The notes beneath the pieces were generated by a model. It saw only the letters and a list, made by a program, of their open reading frames with translations, ran no database searches and had not been told where the DNA came from. This document shows positions 17,022 to 28,128 of a stretch of 64,000 bases of DNA, in pieces; the stretch's first letter is position 1, and each line of letters begins with the position of its first letter. A program made the position numbers and the translations under genes. Origin of the DNA: an uncultured Candidatus Saccharibacteria bacterium (lineage in GTDB: Bacteria > Patescibacteriota > Minisyncoccia > Phycocordibacterales > UBA918); contig CAYOAM010000003.1 of the NCBI GenBank assembly GCA_964402035.1, positions 162,657 to 226,656 on the forward strand, in the 5' to 3' direction.

Positions 17022-19199
17022 TTGGAGGTTATGCAAAAAAAATCATTCACGACCGAAATTGCAGGAAAAAAAATTACTGCCGAATTCAATGACCTTGTCG
17101 AAAATGCGACCGGATCCGTCATGATGCGCTCCGGCGACACGGTCATTTTGGTCACGGCCGTCATGGGTGCCGAAGAAAAAGCGGGCCTTGGGTACTTTCC
17201 ACTCTCGGTAGAGTTTGAAGAGCGCTTCTATGCTGCAGGACAAATCCTTGGCAGTCGTTTTGTACGACGCGAAGGACGACCGTCGGACGAAGCGGTGCTC
17301 TCTGCACGTATCGTCGATCGCACCATACGCCCGCTGTTTTCACACACGCTGCGCAATGAAATCCAGGTCGTAATTACGGTACTTGCTGTCGGGGAAGATG
17401 ATCCAGATATTCTCGCTGTTATTGGCGCATCGCTCGCACTTTCTGTTTCAGAGATTCCATTTAATGGACCTGTTTGCGCAGCGCGCATTGCAAAGCGTGC
17501 GAGCGATGGCGCACTCCTCGTCAATCCTACCTATCTTGAACGGGTGACCGATAGTCTTTCATACGAAGTATTGGCGTGTGGGAAAGACGACACCATCAAC
17601 ATGATCGAGACCGAGGGCAACGAGGTATCTGAATCTGACGTCGCTCTCGCTCTCGAGAAGGCACGTGACATGCACCGTGCCCTCGAGGTGTTTCAAAAAG
17701 AAATTATTGCACAAATCGGGGTTCCAAAAAAAGACGTAGCAAAGCCACAGCAGGCTATAGAAGCTCTTGAGCTTTTTAAGACAACGATCGCACCAAAAAT
17801 CTATGACGCTGTGTTTTCTGGCGCTCCCGGAAAACAAGCAATCACAGCACTCAAAAAAGAATGGCACACGATCATAAACGCGGCACTCCCAGACGCCGCG
17901 CGTGGCGCCGACACCATTTTTGAACATGCGATCGATGAAGCCCTCCACGAAGGCGGCATCGTAGATGGAAAGCGTCCCGACGGGCGCGGCTTCGATGATC
18001 TGCGTCCACTCTTTGCACAAGCTGGCGGTATTTCAAATGTGCTTCACGGATCAGGTATTTTCTATCGGGGCGGTACCCATATTTTTTCTGCGCTCACACT
18101 TGGCGGACCACAAGATTCGCAGATTATCGACACCATGGAAGAGCGAGAGATGAAAAAGCAGTTTATGCACCACTACAACTTTCCACCATTTTCGGTGGGA
18201 GAAACGGGACGTGTGGGTGGATCAAACCGCCGCATGACCGGACACGGCGCACTTGCAGAAAAAGCACTGCTTCCCGTAATCCCTGCAAAAACAATATTTC
18301 CCTATACTATTCGACTGGTTTCCGAGACTATGTCATCCAACGGTTCTAGTTCTATGGGCTCGGTTTGTGCTTCAACACTCGCACTCATGGACGGAGGCGT
18401 TCCGATCAACCGCCCCGTTGCCGGTATTGCTTCAGGACTCTTGCTTAAAGACCACAGCTCATATGTACTTTTAACCGACATCCAAGGACCTGAAGATGAG
18501 TACGGCGATATGGATTTTAAGGTTGCTGGCACCCGCGTGGGTATCACTGCTATCCAAATGGATGTGAAAGTCGATGGCGTCCCAATTGCGATCCTCAAAG
18601 AAGCTCTGGAAAAAGCAAAGTCTGCGCGACTACGCATCTTGGATGTTATGGAAGCAGAGATAGCTGCACCACGATCGGACATTTCACCACGCGCACCAAA
18701 GATTGTTGTCCTTCAGATTCCGGTATCTAAAATCGGTATGGTCATCGGTTCTGGTGGAAAGACCATCAACAAAATCAAAGAAGAGACGCTGGTTGCCGAA
18801 ATTACTATCGAGGATGACGGTACCATATTTATTACCGGCAAAGACGGTAGCGCAGAACGAGCTGCTGATCGTATCCGCATGATGACTCACGAATTTAAAG
18901 CAGGCGAAGCATTCATGGGCAAAGTTACGCGCCTTGCAACGTTTGGTGCTTTTATCGCCTTAAACGACTTCACGGACGGACTCCTTCATATTTCTGAAAT
19001 TGCGCCATTCCGTATCGATAGGGTCGAAGAAGCGCTTGCGGTCGGGGACATCGTGCCGATTGTGATTAAAGAAATTGAGGGTGAAAAAATATCGCTATCG
19101 ATCAAACAGCGAGATCCTGAATTTGCCGCACGCAAGGGCTTGAAACCTTCGACGCATCCTCCAACTCCCCCACGTACTCCATACCGTCCGCGGAATTAA
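17022..19199 (+). CDS. pnp: Polynucleotide phosphorylase (polyribonucleotide nucleotidyltransferase)
   Basis: Two RNase PH domains plus KH and S1 domains (e.g. 'GLLHISEIA'). Lies downstream of rpsO, as is typical. Carries a short basic Pro-rich C-terminal tail. Confidence 0.92.
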   Translation: MEVMQKKSFTTEIAGKKITAEFNDLVENATGSVMMRSGDTVILVTAVMGAEEKAGLGYFPLSVEFEERFYAAGQILGSRFVRREGRPSDEAVLSARIVDRTIRPLFSHTLRNEIQVVITVLAVGEDDPDILAVIGASLALSVSEIPFNGPVCAARIAKRASDGALLVNPTYLERVTDSLSYEVLACGKDDTINMIETEGNEVSESDVALALEKARDMHRALEVFQKEIIAQIGVPKKDVAKPQQAIEALELFKTTIAPKIYDAVFSGAPGKQAITALKKEWHTIINAALPDAARGADTIFEHAIDEALHEGGIVDGKRPDGRGFDDLRPLFAQAGGISNVLHGSGIFYRGGTHIFSALTLGGPQDSQIIDTMEEREMKKQFMHHYNFPPFSVGETGRVGGSNRRMTGHGALAEKALLPVIPAKTIFPYTIRLVSETMSSNGSSSMGSVCASTLALMDGGVPINRPVAGIASGLLLKDHSSYVLLTDIQGPEDEYGDMDFKVAGTRVGITAIQMDVKVDGVPIAILKEALEKAKSARLRILDVMEAEIAAPRSDISPRAPKIVVLQIPVSKIGMVIGSGGKTINKIKEETLVAEITIEDDGTIFITGKDGSAERAADRIRMMTHEFKAGEAFMGKVTRLATFGAFIALNDFTDGLLHISEIAPFRIDRVEEALAVGDIVPIVIKEIEGEKISLSIKQRDPEFAARKGLKPSTHPPTPPRTPYRPRN

Positions 19200-19226
19200 C
19201 ACCCCCCACAGCCCGCAATCGCGAGA

Positions 19227-21026
19227 GTGGCGAGAGCATGCGATACTATAGACGTAATGCCTCCCGAGAAAAAAGCAACGGTACTCCGTGTCAGAACGTT
19301 TGCTGACGATATTAAACGTGCCGAAGGAGGGGCACCCACACACCTGCCGGGTGCATCGGCACAATCTCCGTCACACTCACTCGCTGATGCACTTGCAGCG
19401 CATGTTGATGACATAGCAGAACGACCAAAAACACCCGTGACGGTGCCTACCGACACCACCCCTCCACAACGTACGCAGGATCATTTTGATATTCGTCGTG
19501 CCGAATCAGATGGTATGGAGGAAGGTACCATCATCCAAGATCGAAAAGAAAAGGAGTGGTCATTTTTCGATGCGCTGAAAACATCTACCGAAACATGGTG
19601 GGCCACACGCGTACAACCGTTGTTTGAAAAAAAGAGCAACCAAGGGAAGGCGGATATTGCACCACTTTCACGCGGACCAAAGACTATTGTTGCTCCCGAC
19701 GCATTCACGATAGCACCCCGAGACGACCATGGAGCACTCCTCAAAAATATCCGCGGAAATGAAGAGCATCCGCTACAAAAAGAAGTGACGCCACAAACAC
19801 CCGCCCCGGCTATACGACCCCCAGCACCGATCACCACTGGCTGGCGTCGTATCAGCGAACCAAGAGAAGGAACCGCTGTTTCACATACCACAAGCGAAGA
19901 AGCACGTACCTATAAAGAAGATCTTCGTCGAGCGCTACCACAAAAAAATACCATCTCCCCGTCTCTTAAAACGAGCGCACCACTCCGCAGCATACCTCGC
20001 ACTGATATTGTCGCAAAAAACACCGCTCCCGTAGCACCGGATATACCAGAGCGAGAAGCGACACTTGCACGAGAGCGTCTAGCAGCTTTGGCGCACGAAG
20101 CAGCAGCGAGTGTCCCACAACCAAAACGAGTGTCTCGAGACATCCCTTTTATTCCACCAAAACTCACACGTACCGAAGCTCCACCATTGCGCACCTATCG
20201 CAACGACGTTCTGACCGATGTTAAAGCGCGCGATCTTTCAGCTCCAAAGATAGCTGCCGCTGAATATGTACGCCGTGACCAACTGGGTACCATGGGCATC
20301 CCTCAAGATCGCCCGCGTCTTATTTCTCGTATACTACCCATTTTCATTGTTTTGTTGGTGATCGTTGCTTTGAGTGCTGGTGGCTATCTCCTCTACCCAC
20401 TACTCACCAAAGAGTCTCCGATTGAAACAGTACGCGGGGTACCAGCCCTCTTTTCAACAGATGCACAAAAAGCATTGCCACTTCCTACAGAACGCGGTGA
20501 ACTTTTAAAAAACCTAAACACGCTACGTCTTGAAACGCCACTCAAAGACGGCGGATTTCTGCAACTATATGCGGAAATCAAAGACGGTGAAACGACACGC
20601 ATAGCAAAGACAAGCGACATTATGAAAGTGCTTGATCCACGAGCGCCCGGTGCTTTTATACGATCTCTCAAAGAAGAGAGTATGATCGGCGTCTACGACA
20701 GCACTCGTGCTCCATATATGATTTTCACAACCGACGCATTTACAACGGCATTTGCTGGAATGCTTGCATGGGAAGAGACCATGAGTGTTGATCTCGCACC
20801 ATTCTTTGGTGGTCCTGTACGGCGATCTTATGACGATACTGCACTTACAATCGATCAATCAAAACCTGCTCGTTTTACCGACATTGTCGTACGAAACAAA
20901 GATGTCCGCATGCTCTATGACGAATTTGGCGAAGAACGTATTGCCTACACCTTTGCGAACGAAAATACGATTGTGCTCACCACGAGTTCCAAGGCGCTTG
21001 ATGCACTAGTGAACGCACTTAAATAG
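19227..21026 (+). CDS. Hypothetical membrane-anchored Pro/Thr-rich protein
   Basis: 599 aa with a single TM helix (ISRILPIFIVLLVIVALSAGGYLLYPLL) after a ~370-aa low-complexity N-terminal region. Confidence 0.45.
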   Translation: MARACDTIDVMPPEKKATVLRVRTFADDIKRAEGGAPTHLPGASAQSPSHSLADALAAHVDDIAERPKTPVTVPTDTTPPQRTQDHFDIRRAESDGMEEGTIIQDRKEKEWSFFDALKTSTETWWATRVQPLFEKKSNQGKADIAPLSRGPKTIVAPDAFTIAPRDDHGALLKNIRGNEEHPLQKEVTPQTPAPAIRPPAPITTGWRRISEPREGTAVSHTTSEEARTYKEDLRRALPQKNTISPSLKTSAPLRSIPRTDIVAKNTAPVAPDIPEREATLARERLAALAHEAAASVPQPKRVSRDIPFIPPKLTRTEAPPLRTYRNDVLTDVKARDLSAPKIAAAEYVRRDQLGTMGIPQDRPRLISRILPIFIVLLVIVALSAGGYLLYPLLTKESPIETVRGVPALFSTDAQKALPLPTERGELLKNLNTLRLETPLKDGGFLQLYAEIKDGETTRIAKTSDIMKVLDPRAPGAFIRSLKEESMIGVYDSTRAPYMIFTTDAFTTAFAGMLAWEETMSVDLAPFFGGPVRRSYDDTALTIDQSKPARFTDIVVRNKDVRMLYDEFGEERIAYTFANENTIVLTTSSKALDALVNALK

Positions 21027-21086
21027 GCCAGCGGAGTGTGACCTTGGTCTATAGGGGCCATAGATACTGCATATTCTGTATATGGT

Positions 21087-21473
21087 ATGATTGCACGTAT
21101 GGAAACAGCACACTACAAACAGAAACTACAGGAGGAACTAGCGACCGTTACTGAAGAATTGCAGACCCTTGGTGTGCAGAATCCCGACAATGCAGAAGAT
21201 TGGGTAGCAACACCGACTGATACCGAGACCGGCGAAGCAGACGAAAATGTGAGTGCGGATCACGCTGAAGATCTTGAAGAGCGTACTGCAATCCTCGCTG
21301 ATCTTGAGAAAAAATACAACAGTATTCTGCATGCTCTGAGAAAAATAGAGACCGGAACATACGGCATATGCGAAGTAAGTGGGGAGCAGATTGAAGAAGA
21401 TCGACTCGATGTAAATCCCGCAGCACGAACCAACAAGGCTCACATGGAGGAAGAGGATACATTGCCGCTATAA
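21087..21473 (+). CDS. DksA/TraR-family protein with degenerate zinc finger
   Basis: Coiled-coil N-terminus and a C-terminal 'GICEVSGEQIEEDRLDVNPAAR' region matching the DksA C4 region, but only one Cys is retained. Confidence 0.45.
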   Translation: MIARMETAHYKQKLQEELATVTEELQTLGVQNPDNAEDWVATPTDTETGEADENVSADHAEDLEERTAILADLEKKYNSILHALRKIETGTYGICEVSGEQIEEDRLDVNPAARTNKAHMEEEDTLPL

Positions 21474-21478
21474 ACACT

Positions 21479-22423
21479 ATGATTGCCCGCGTCTTCTCGG
21501 CACAGCCAGCGGTTCAAGGAGGACATGTGGTCACGATCGAAACAGACCTCGCGAGAGGTCTGTATTCGTTTACGGTCGTCGGCCTCCCGGACAAAGCCGT
21601 CGAAGAAGCGCGCGATCGCTTGAGCGCCGCTATAAAGAATTCCGGTTTTGAATCTCCCAAAAGCAAAAATCACAAAATTATTATTTCATTGGCGCCTGCA
21701 GATTTGCGCAAAGAAGGGCCGCTCTTTGATCTTCCGATGGCCGTGGGGTACTTGATCGCCGCACACGACATACAAGCATCGGTTGCAGACACGTTAATAA
21801 TCGGTGAACTTGCGCTCGATGGCACCATACGTGGCGTGCGTGGCGCATTGCCGATTGTTCAGGTAGCAAAGAATGCAGGGTTCAAAACGGTCATCGTACC
21901 AAAAGAAAATGCGCTCGAAGCAGCACTCGTGCCTGAGATTGAAATCATTGCAGCCGGCACCCTCCTTGATGTCGTACGACACCTTGATCACACAAGGGAA
22001 GATCATCAACTACTCACTCCAGAGCCTCACACAGACATTATTCCAACGTGGAGCGAGAGCACTATATATCTTGAAGATATCAAAGGACAGGAAAGTGCAA
22101 AGAGGGGACTCTTGATTGCCGCAGCAGGACGACACAACAGCATCATGATCGGTCCACCCGGCACGGGGAAAACGATGCTCGCGCGCGCATTTCAAAGTAT
22201 GTTGCCACCGCTCTCTATAGAAGAAGCGCTCGAAGTCACCGCGATACATTCAATAGCTGGCACGCGCGACGAACCGGTGATAACACTCCCTCCTTTTCGT
22301 GCACCACACCACACAGCTTCACACACTGCGCTCGTGGGTGGCGGTATGCATCCGCGACCTGGGGAAGTCACCCTCGCACATCGGGGCGTACTTTTCTTAA
22401 AGTCAGTCCCACAAAACGTTTAG
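21479..22423 (+). pseudogene. comM: comM (YifB/Mg-chelatase-like AAA+ ATPase) 5' fragment, interrupted at the Walker-B 'GVLFL' by an inserted element
   Basis: N-terminal Lon-protease-like domain ('LPDKAVEEARDRL') and Walker A 'GPPGTGKTM'. The ORF ends 'LAHRGVLFL|KSVPQNV*'. The expected continuation 'DEFPEF...' resumes at 33138. Confidence 0.85.
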
Positions 22424-22621
22424 TCTTTCTAGAAAAGGTGCTTCTCTTAATATTAAGTAGCGAATCTTTTTTGAGGTGATTTATACATTCAGTGTAATCA
22501 GTAGGTAACAGTTGGTAAAATAAGTCACATGTTAAATTGTAGGACACACTTTATGAAAACAGTCCTTCAATAATTTATTGAACCAAATCGATTTTTCGCC
22601 AAAAAATGCTATATTTAGGCG

Positions 22622-23551
22622 ATGGATGACATCATAAACAGATCGATTTTAAAGAATAAAGGTAAGCTTTTGTCATACTATAGAGAGCAGGCAGCAGAGC
22701 TTATAAAAGAACTCAGAAGAGTTTACTCTGACAGCGAATATCGAAAACGAGCCGTTGCTGTAAATAATGGTCTTACAAATTTGAGAAAATCTCTTATTTC
22801 TAATTTATTGGAAAAAGCGGAGACCGAGTCTTGGTCTGCTGAGGAGGTATTGTCTGGAGTACTACTGGTGACATATACCAACTATGTAGTAATGATGGAA
22901 TCCAGAAATGATGTTTGGCCGTATGAGTATATGGCTTTTGCTCGTAGAATTGGTGAGTTGTGGGAACCATTCTGTCAGTTATGTTGGGTACATCCCGTAA
23001 AGGCTGGCATTTCATACATTGAACCTCCTGTGTATTCACATGTTAAAAATCAGCTTTTAGACAATATCAAATCTTACGTTAATGACCTAAAGCTGGAAAA
23101 GGAACAAAAGGATGTTTTGTTAAATCATTATGAAACTATCTCTGCACTGGTTAGTTCTGGTGAAATAAATCTTGAGCTTGATTTACACTTTAAATCAGGC
23201 GGGAAAAAATATGTCGTTGATTTTAAAAGTGGCTTTAGTTCTAACGAGAAAGGTAACACCAATCGACTATTACTTGTTGCAAATATCTACAAATCCCTAA
23301 ACGAGGGATACAATTGCCTACTTTTTGTAAGGTCAAACGAAGAAATGAACAATCATTATCTTCAAACACTTAAAAAGTCTGGTCTATGGACAGTTTACTG
23401 TGGAGAAGAAACCTATAAAATAGTAAGTACATACACGGGTTTTGACCTAGCGTCGTGGATGAAAAAAAATATTAACTGGGCTGAAGACTTCGATGAGAAA
23501 ATGTATGCACATTTAAAGCAAAATCAATTGCTACAGTATTTAGAATGGTAG
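22622..23551 (+). CDS. Putative PD-(D/E)xK nuclease (candidate restriction endonuclease)
   Basis: 'ELDLHF...YVVDFKSG' fits a D...(D/E)xK catalytic core. Its 3' end overlaps the start of the methyltransferase gene by 7 nt. Confidence 0.4.
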   Translation: MDDIINRSILKNKGKLLSYYREQAAELIKELRRVYSDSEYRKRAVAVNNGLTNLRKSLISNLLEKAETESWSAEEVLSGVLLVTYTNYVVMMESRNDVWPYEYMAFARRIGELWEPFCQLCWVHPVKAGISYIEPPVYSHVKNQLLDNIKSYVNDLKLEKEQKDVLLNHYETISALVSSGEINLELDLHFKSGGKKYVVDFKSGFSSNEKGNTNRLLLVANIYKSLNEGYNCLLFVRSNEEMNNHYLQTLKKSGLWTVYCGEETYKIVSTYTGFDLASWMKKNINWAEDFDEKMYAHLKQNQLLQYLEW

Positions 23552-25044
23552 ATAAAATTATTCAAGGAAAAAAACGTACTCATAGACAATACGCTTCATA
23601 CTATACAGATTCTGAACCAATCTTGTCTTACATGGTACAAAAACTTAACGTCGCCGAAGGCGATGCAATTTTCGAACCTTGTGCTGGTGACGGTGCCTTT
23701 ATAGAAAAAATCTTTTCAAAAAATTCAAGTGATATTTCGATTCACGCTGTTGACCTAAACCCCATTGCTGTCAATAATCTGAAAGAAAGATTTTCTTCAG
23801 CGAACATACTAGTGGAACAGGTTGATACCTTGCTCGACCGCTCTGTGTTGACTAAAAAGTATTCAAAAATAATTGGCAATCCACCATACGGAGCTTGGCA
23901 AGATTTATCAAAAAGAGATGAATTAAAAAAAATATATGGAGGTTACGTAAAAGAAACGTACACTCTCTTCTTACAGAAGTGCATTGATTTGCTTGAAGAA
24001 AATGGAAAGCTGGTATTTATTATCCCAGATACTTTTCTTGCATTACATATGCATAAGGGAACCAGAGCGAAGATTCTAACCAAAACACGAGTCGAAGAAA
24101 TCCTGTTAATACCATCAAATTTCTTTCCTGGGGTTAATTTTGGTTATGCAAACCTCTGCATAATTACACTTGTTAAAAGTGAATCTGTGGCAGGTAATAC
24201 TATAAAGATTGCCTCGGTTAGAGACTCTGTTGAAAAGTTAACAACGCTTGCAAGTGGAGACTATTCTGAGTGTCATTCTTTGGAATCTCTTTTGCAAGAT
24301 GACGTTTTAAACTCAGAAAATCTTTCGTTTTTTATTGGAAGCAACGAATCATCAAGAAGCTTAATGAAAGAGGATGTTCTCAAACTTGGAGACATAGCGG
24401 ATTGTGTTACCGGTTTCTATTCAGGGGACAATAAGAAATACATCAGGGTTCTAAATAAGGACATTAAGAGGTCGAATGGCTACTCAATAGTAGATAGTAA
24501 AGAAGTCGAATATACCCATTTTCCAGCTGACATTTTAAAACAAGGATTGACGAAAAAAAGCTATATTCCGTACTTAAAAAATGCGATTGGTACTTTTTCA
24601 ATTGAGACCCAATGGTTCATTCAGTGGGACAAAAACACAGTTCAGGAATACAAAAAAGACAAACGAGCTCGATTCCAAAATTCTGAATTTTATTTCAAGG
24701 AAGGTATAGGAGTACCAATGATTAAAAGCAGTAATACACACGCAGTATTGTTAGAGAAAAGGTTGTTTGACCAGTCCGTTGTTGGGGTCTTCCCCAAAGA
24801 TTTGAAACATAGAGATTATCTGCTAGCTTTCCTCAACTCAAAAACTTGCAGTAAGTTACTAAACATTATTAATCATACGGCTAATAATTCCGCAAACTAT
24901 CTCAAAAAACTCCCTATCATCGTCAATGACGAGGGTGTAAAAGTGGTCAATAAAATAATGTCGAAATACTTTGAAAGTAAGGACAAAACCAAAGCTCTTG
25001 CAGAAATCGATGAATTCTTTACTAAACTCTACAATTTGGACTAA
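23545..25044 (+). CDS. N6-adenine DNA methyltransferase (gamma-class, NPPY motif)
   Basis: SAM-binding 'FEPCAGDGAF' (motif I) precedes 'IIGNPPYG' (motif IV), followed by a long C-terminal target-recognition region. Confidence 0.75.
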   Translation: MVDKIIQGKKRTHRQYASYYTDSEPILSYMVQKLNVAEGDAIFEPCAGDGAFIEKIFSKNSSDISIHAVDLNPIAVNNLKERFSSANILVEQVDTLLDRSVLTKKYSKIIGNPPYGAWQDLSKRDELKKIYGGYVKETYTLFLQKCIDLLEENGKLVFIIPDTFLALHMHKGTRAKILTKTRVEEILLIPSNFFPGVNFGYANLCIITLVKSESVAGNTIKIASVRDSVEKLTTLASGDYSECHSLESLLQDDVLNSENLSFFIGSNESSRSLMKEDVLKLGDIADCVTGFYSGDNKKYIRVLNKDIKRSNGYSIVDSKEVEYTHFPADILKQGLTKKSYIPYLKNAIGTFSIETQWFIQWDKNTVQEYKKDKRARFQNSEFYFKEGIGVPMIKSSNTHAVLLEKRLFDQSVVGVFPKDLKHRDYLLAFLNSKTCSKLLNIINHTANNSANYLKKLPIIVNDEGVKVVNKIMSKYFESKDKTKALAEIDEFFTKLYNLD

Positions 25045-25270
25045 CGAGGAGTCTATTTACTTTTCTTCAAAAAGAAATACTATTTACTGACAACTTAATA
25101 TAAATGACCTAACCCTCAGTCGTAAGATTGAGGTATGGTCGAAAACCGTTGAAGACAAACACCCCATTATCAGGGCGCGTCTTCAACGTTATAAGGGGAA
25201 ACTCTTATAGGACTTCGGTCCACCTGGTAGTGGGTTTTTTGTATCTCGTTACCAGAATCTTACTTATTTA

Positions 25271-25864
25271 ATGAATAGATTTATGAACGAGAAAACTAAC
25301 GTTTTGGATAAAAAAATACCATGGTGGGCTGGACTAGCATTTTTTATATTTGTTATAAGTACGTTACTGTACGGACTTTTAGGAGGCTTTTCTACAGCTT
25401 CGAAAGTTGAAGAAGTTTCAAAGGAAGAAGTTAAAACTGACCAGCCAGCCAAAGAACCAATAATACAAATTGCGACCTTGTACAACATTCCAATGTCGAA
25501 GTTGTCTGAGCAATTTACTGCCCCACTGAACAGTGCGGGGAATCTTGTTATAGATACCGATGAGTACAAGCTACTGATTGAAAGTAAAAACGGCGTGAAC
25601 TCAGACTATGTGGAAGTGCAACTCAAAGCTCTTGGTAGTTGTGCTAAATCTGGTGTACCCCGAAACAGTGATGAGGCACTGCAACTAGTAGGGTTGAAAC
25701 CGCAGCTAAAGGGTAACCCGACCAATCCTCCTGCTGGGATAGCGAATGGTGCGATTGAGTACTGTGACTATCCGAGTGATAAATTCTCCGTCGGTGCTTC
25801 ATGTATGTATGACGGTGGATATTACGATGTCAGCCTGTCTCCACGTACATATTGTGGCAACTAG
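25271..25864 (+). CDS. Hypothetical secreted/membrane-anchored Cys-containing protein
   Basis: N-terminal TM/signal segment (WWAGLAFFIFVISTLLYGLLGG). The C-terminal half contains 4 Cys. Confidence 0.45.
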   Translation: MNRFMNEKTNVLDKKIPWWAGLAFFIFVISTLLYGLLGGFSTASKVEEVSKEEVKTDQPAKEPIIQIATLYNIPMSKLSEQFTAPLNSAGNLVIDTDEYKLLIESKNGVNSDYVEVQLKALGSCAKSGVPRNSDEALQLVGLKPQLKGNPTNPPAGIANGAIEYCDYPSDKFSVGASCMYDGGYYDVSLSPRTYCGN

Positions 25865-26526
25865 GGTACGTTTAGTTGTCCAGAAAACGTTAGCTACGGC
25901 ATTCGATAGCGGAAAGGCGAGGTAATATACCAACCTCTGTAAAAGTTATTCACAGTCATTGAGTTACAGAACAATAATATTTTTTAGTCAAAAACCCTTA
26001 TTTAAAGGGGTTTTTTGCTTATAGCTTCTTCTATATACTTCCAGCTCCTTATAGATTTTTATAGATAATTACATCTTCTTCTACGTGTACGTCAAGACCA
26101 TCTAGGTGTAGTGTTCGGAGTAACAATGACTAATCAGCCAGAACAGAACATTGAGCATGGTCCCGCAGGTGTCGAATGGACACTTCTCTTTGGGAAGCTA
26201 CTGACCGATAAGTCAGCGTCGAAATTATCAAATAAATCTGAAACCGACACCGGCAATCAGATTGCAATCAAAACAAACAATGAAAACACTTATAACGAAG
26301 CAAACGAATTTAACCAAGTCACCTATAACTCTCGCTGACCTCGTGAACACTGGCTACGCTCATATCAGCACTGACATTAACAAAGCAAGAGAGAATATCG
26401 AACGATATGCAACTACCGCAGTTCGAGTGATTGCACCAAAGAATTGTAGAGATATAACAATCGACTTATCAAAACCTGACAAGCCGAGAGTGAGATACAA
26501 GATTACCAAGAATATGACGAGCTAGC

Positions 26527-27228
26527 ATGGCTAGAAAGAAAGTTCAGCAAAACGAAAGATTTCCTGGCTTTCCAAAAAGCATCAATCGTGGATTCTTTCG
26601 GTATCCAACAATTCTTGAAAAATACTGGTGTGACCTCGAAGGTTCTGAACAAAAGGTTTTAGACTACATCCTTCGTCAGACTAAGGGTTGGGGCAAGAAT
26701 TTTGACAAAATCAGCTTGTCTCAGTTTGCGAAAGGAAACGGAAAAAATACAAAGGGTGCAGGTATTAGTGAAACGCAGGCAGCTGCTGCGCTTAAAGCGC
26801 TGGAAGTGAAAGGCTACATAACAGTCGAACGACGAGCTAGAAAGACGAATGTTATTCACCTCAAGTATGACGAGACTGTCAGTGATAGTCCGAAGTGTAG
26901 CGATGAGATTCGAGAACTCATCATGCAATTTGAACCAGTCGCTAACCACTTAGTAAAGGACTACTTGGAAGATGAGCGTGAAATATCTGCTCTTGAAGAG
27001 CTTGTCACCTATTACGGCTACCATAAGGTGAGAGATTGTATCTCGGTACTCAGGGATTCAAACCCAGAGCAGTACATGCCTACGATAATCTCACCCAGAG
27101 ACCTCAGAACAAAGATGCCTAGTCTATTATCGGCTATTGCAACTATGCAGATAGAGCACGATACGTTTTGGCAGGTCAATCTAGATAATGATAGACGTTT
27201 CGTCTCGAAAATTGAAAAAATACTTTGA
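26527..27228 (+). CDS. Winged-helix protein, possible replication initiator / DnaD-like
   Basis: 'QKVLDYILRQTKGW...ISLSQFAKGNG...ISETQAAAALKALEVKGYITVER' resembles the N-terminal wHTH of phage/plasmid replication initiators. Confidence 0.35.
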   Translation: MARKKVQQNERFPGFPKSINRGFFRYPTILEKYWCDLEGSEQKVLDYILRQTKGWGKNFDKISLSQFAKGNGKNTKGAGISETQAAAALKALEVKGYITVERRARKTNVIHLKYDETVSDSPKCSDEIRELIMQFEPVANHLVKDYLEDEREISALEELVTYYGYHKVRDCISVLRDSNPEQYMPTIISPRDLRTKMPSLLSAIATMQIEHDTFWQVNLDNDRRFVSKIEKIL

Positions 27229-27493
27229 GGTGGTTAGGTGATTGGTACAAAAGTTGGATATCTGTATCACAACTGATACCAGGAAAAAGTGAAACTGTAC
27301 CAATCTGTTATCAGACAATAGATAGATAGGTATCTACAAAATTGTATATATTCACACTCACTTGAAAGTGAGTGTAGATAATTCTGGAAATAAGATTATT
27401 TAACGACCAGTAATTAAATAGGGAGTCCCTACCTCGCTTGTTAACAGTCACACTACACAACATATATACAAAGTTGTAAAGATATGGAATTAT

Positions 27494-27560
27494 ATAACTG
27501 AGAAACCGTTGTTTTAAGCCAAATTTCCGGCTGTGGCAACTACCCCTTCTCAGTTATATG
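27494..27560. repeat. 13-14-bp inverted repeats (TATATAACTGAGAA ... TTCTCAGTTATAT) separated by ~40 bp, upstream of the recombinase genes
   Basis: Read directly from the sequence. Candidate recombinase binding or crossover site. Confidence 0.5.
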
Positions 27561-27708
27561 AACCATATTGACGACATTAAAGACTACTTAATCGCAGATG
27601 AGATTCAGCGCATTCAGTCGTTGTCACATGAACAATTGGTTTGTGAACTGATTGAAGTGAAAACACGAGATATAGAGCTGGGCAAAATCACCATTAACAC
27701 TAACGTAC

Positions 27709-28128
27709 ATGGAAACTAAGAAAACACTAATTATTAACTCAAAGAGCTTGAACGGGTTGCGCTACTTCGGCATAACTAAAAAGTGTATCGAACATTGCCA
27801 GACACAAAAATGGGCTATCGAACCCGATAACATTCATAGCGAAATAAACCTCACTCCTTACGTAGAGTATGAAGGGGTACCTGAGAACGAACCAGTCTAC
27901 ATGATTGAAAAAAATAGAGTTGCGTGTCTGCTCACTTATTCAATCGAAAGCCTTGGTCTATCACTACGTGAACTGCTAGAACTCATGCATTTACTTGAAA
28001 AGCATGAGGTGAGGCTCGTCTCAGTAACTGAGAAACTAGAACCCGACACTCATTCGGGAAGACTGAGGATTCACCTAGCCGCAATAACCGCTGAGTTTCG
28101 ACGTGCGGATAATGCTAACTATCTATGA
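27709..28128 (+). CDS. Resolvase-like catalytic-domain remnant lacking the Ser nucleophile region
   Basis: 'LSLRELLELMHLLEKHEVRLVSVTEKLEPDTHSGRLRIHLAAITAEFRRAD' matches the C-terminal half of a serine-recombinase catalytic domain. There is no 'RVSTxxQ' motif. It overlaps the start of the next gene by 4 nt. Confidence 0.5.
   Translation: METKKTLIINSKSLNGLRYFGITKKCIEHCQTQKWAIEPDNIHSEINLTPYVEYEGVPENEPVYMIEKNRVACLLTYSIESLGLSLRELLELMHLLEKHEVRLVSVTEKLEPDTHSGRLRIHLAAITAEFRRADNANYL

Noticed and set aside
16252-19199. The rpsO, NYN-gene and pnp arrangement as evidence of an insertion between rpsO and pnp
   Set aside because: The NYN gene is co-directional and compact, with its own terminator. There are no flanking repeats or composition shift, so this is more likely the native gene order.
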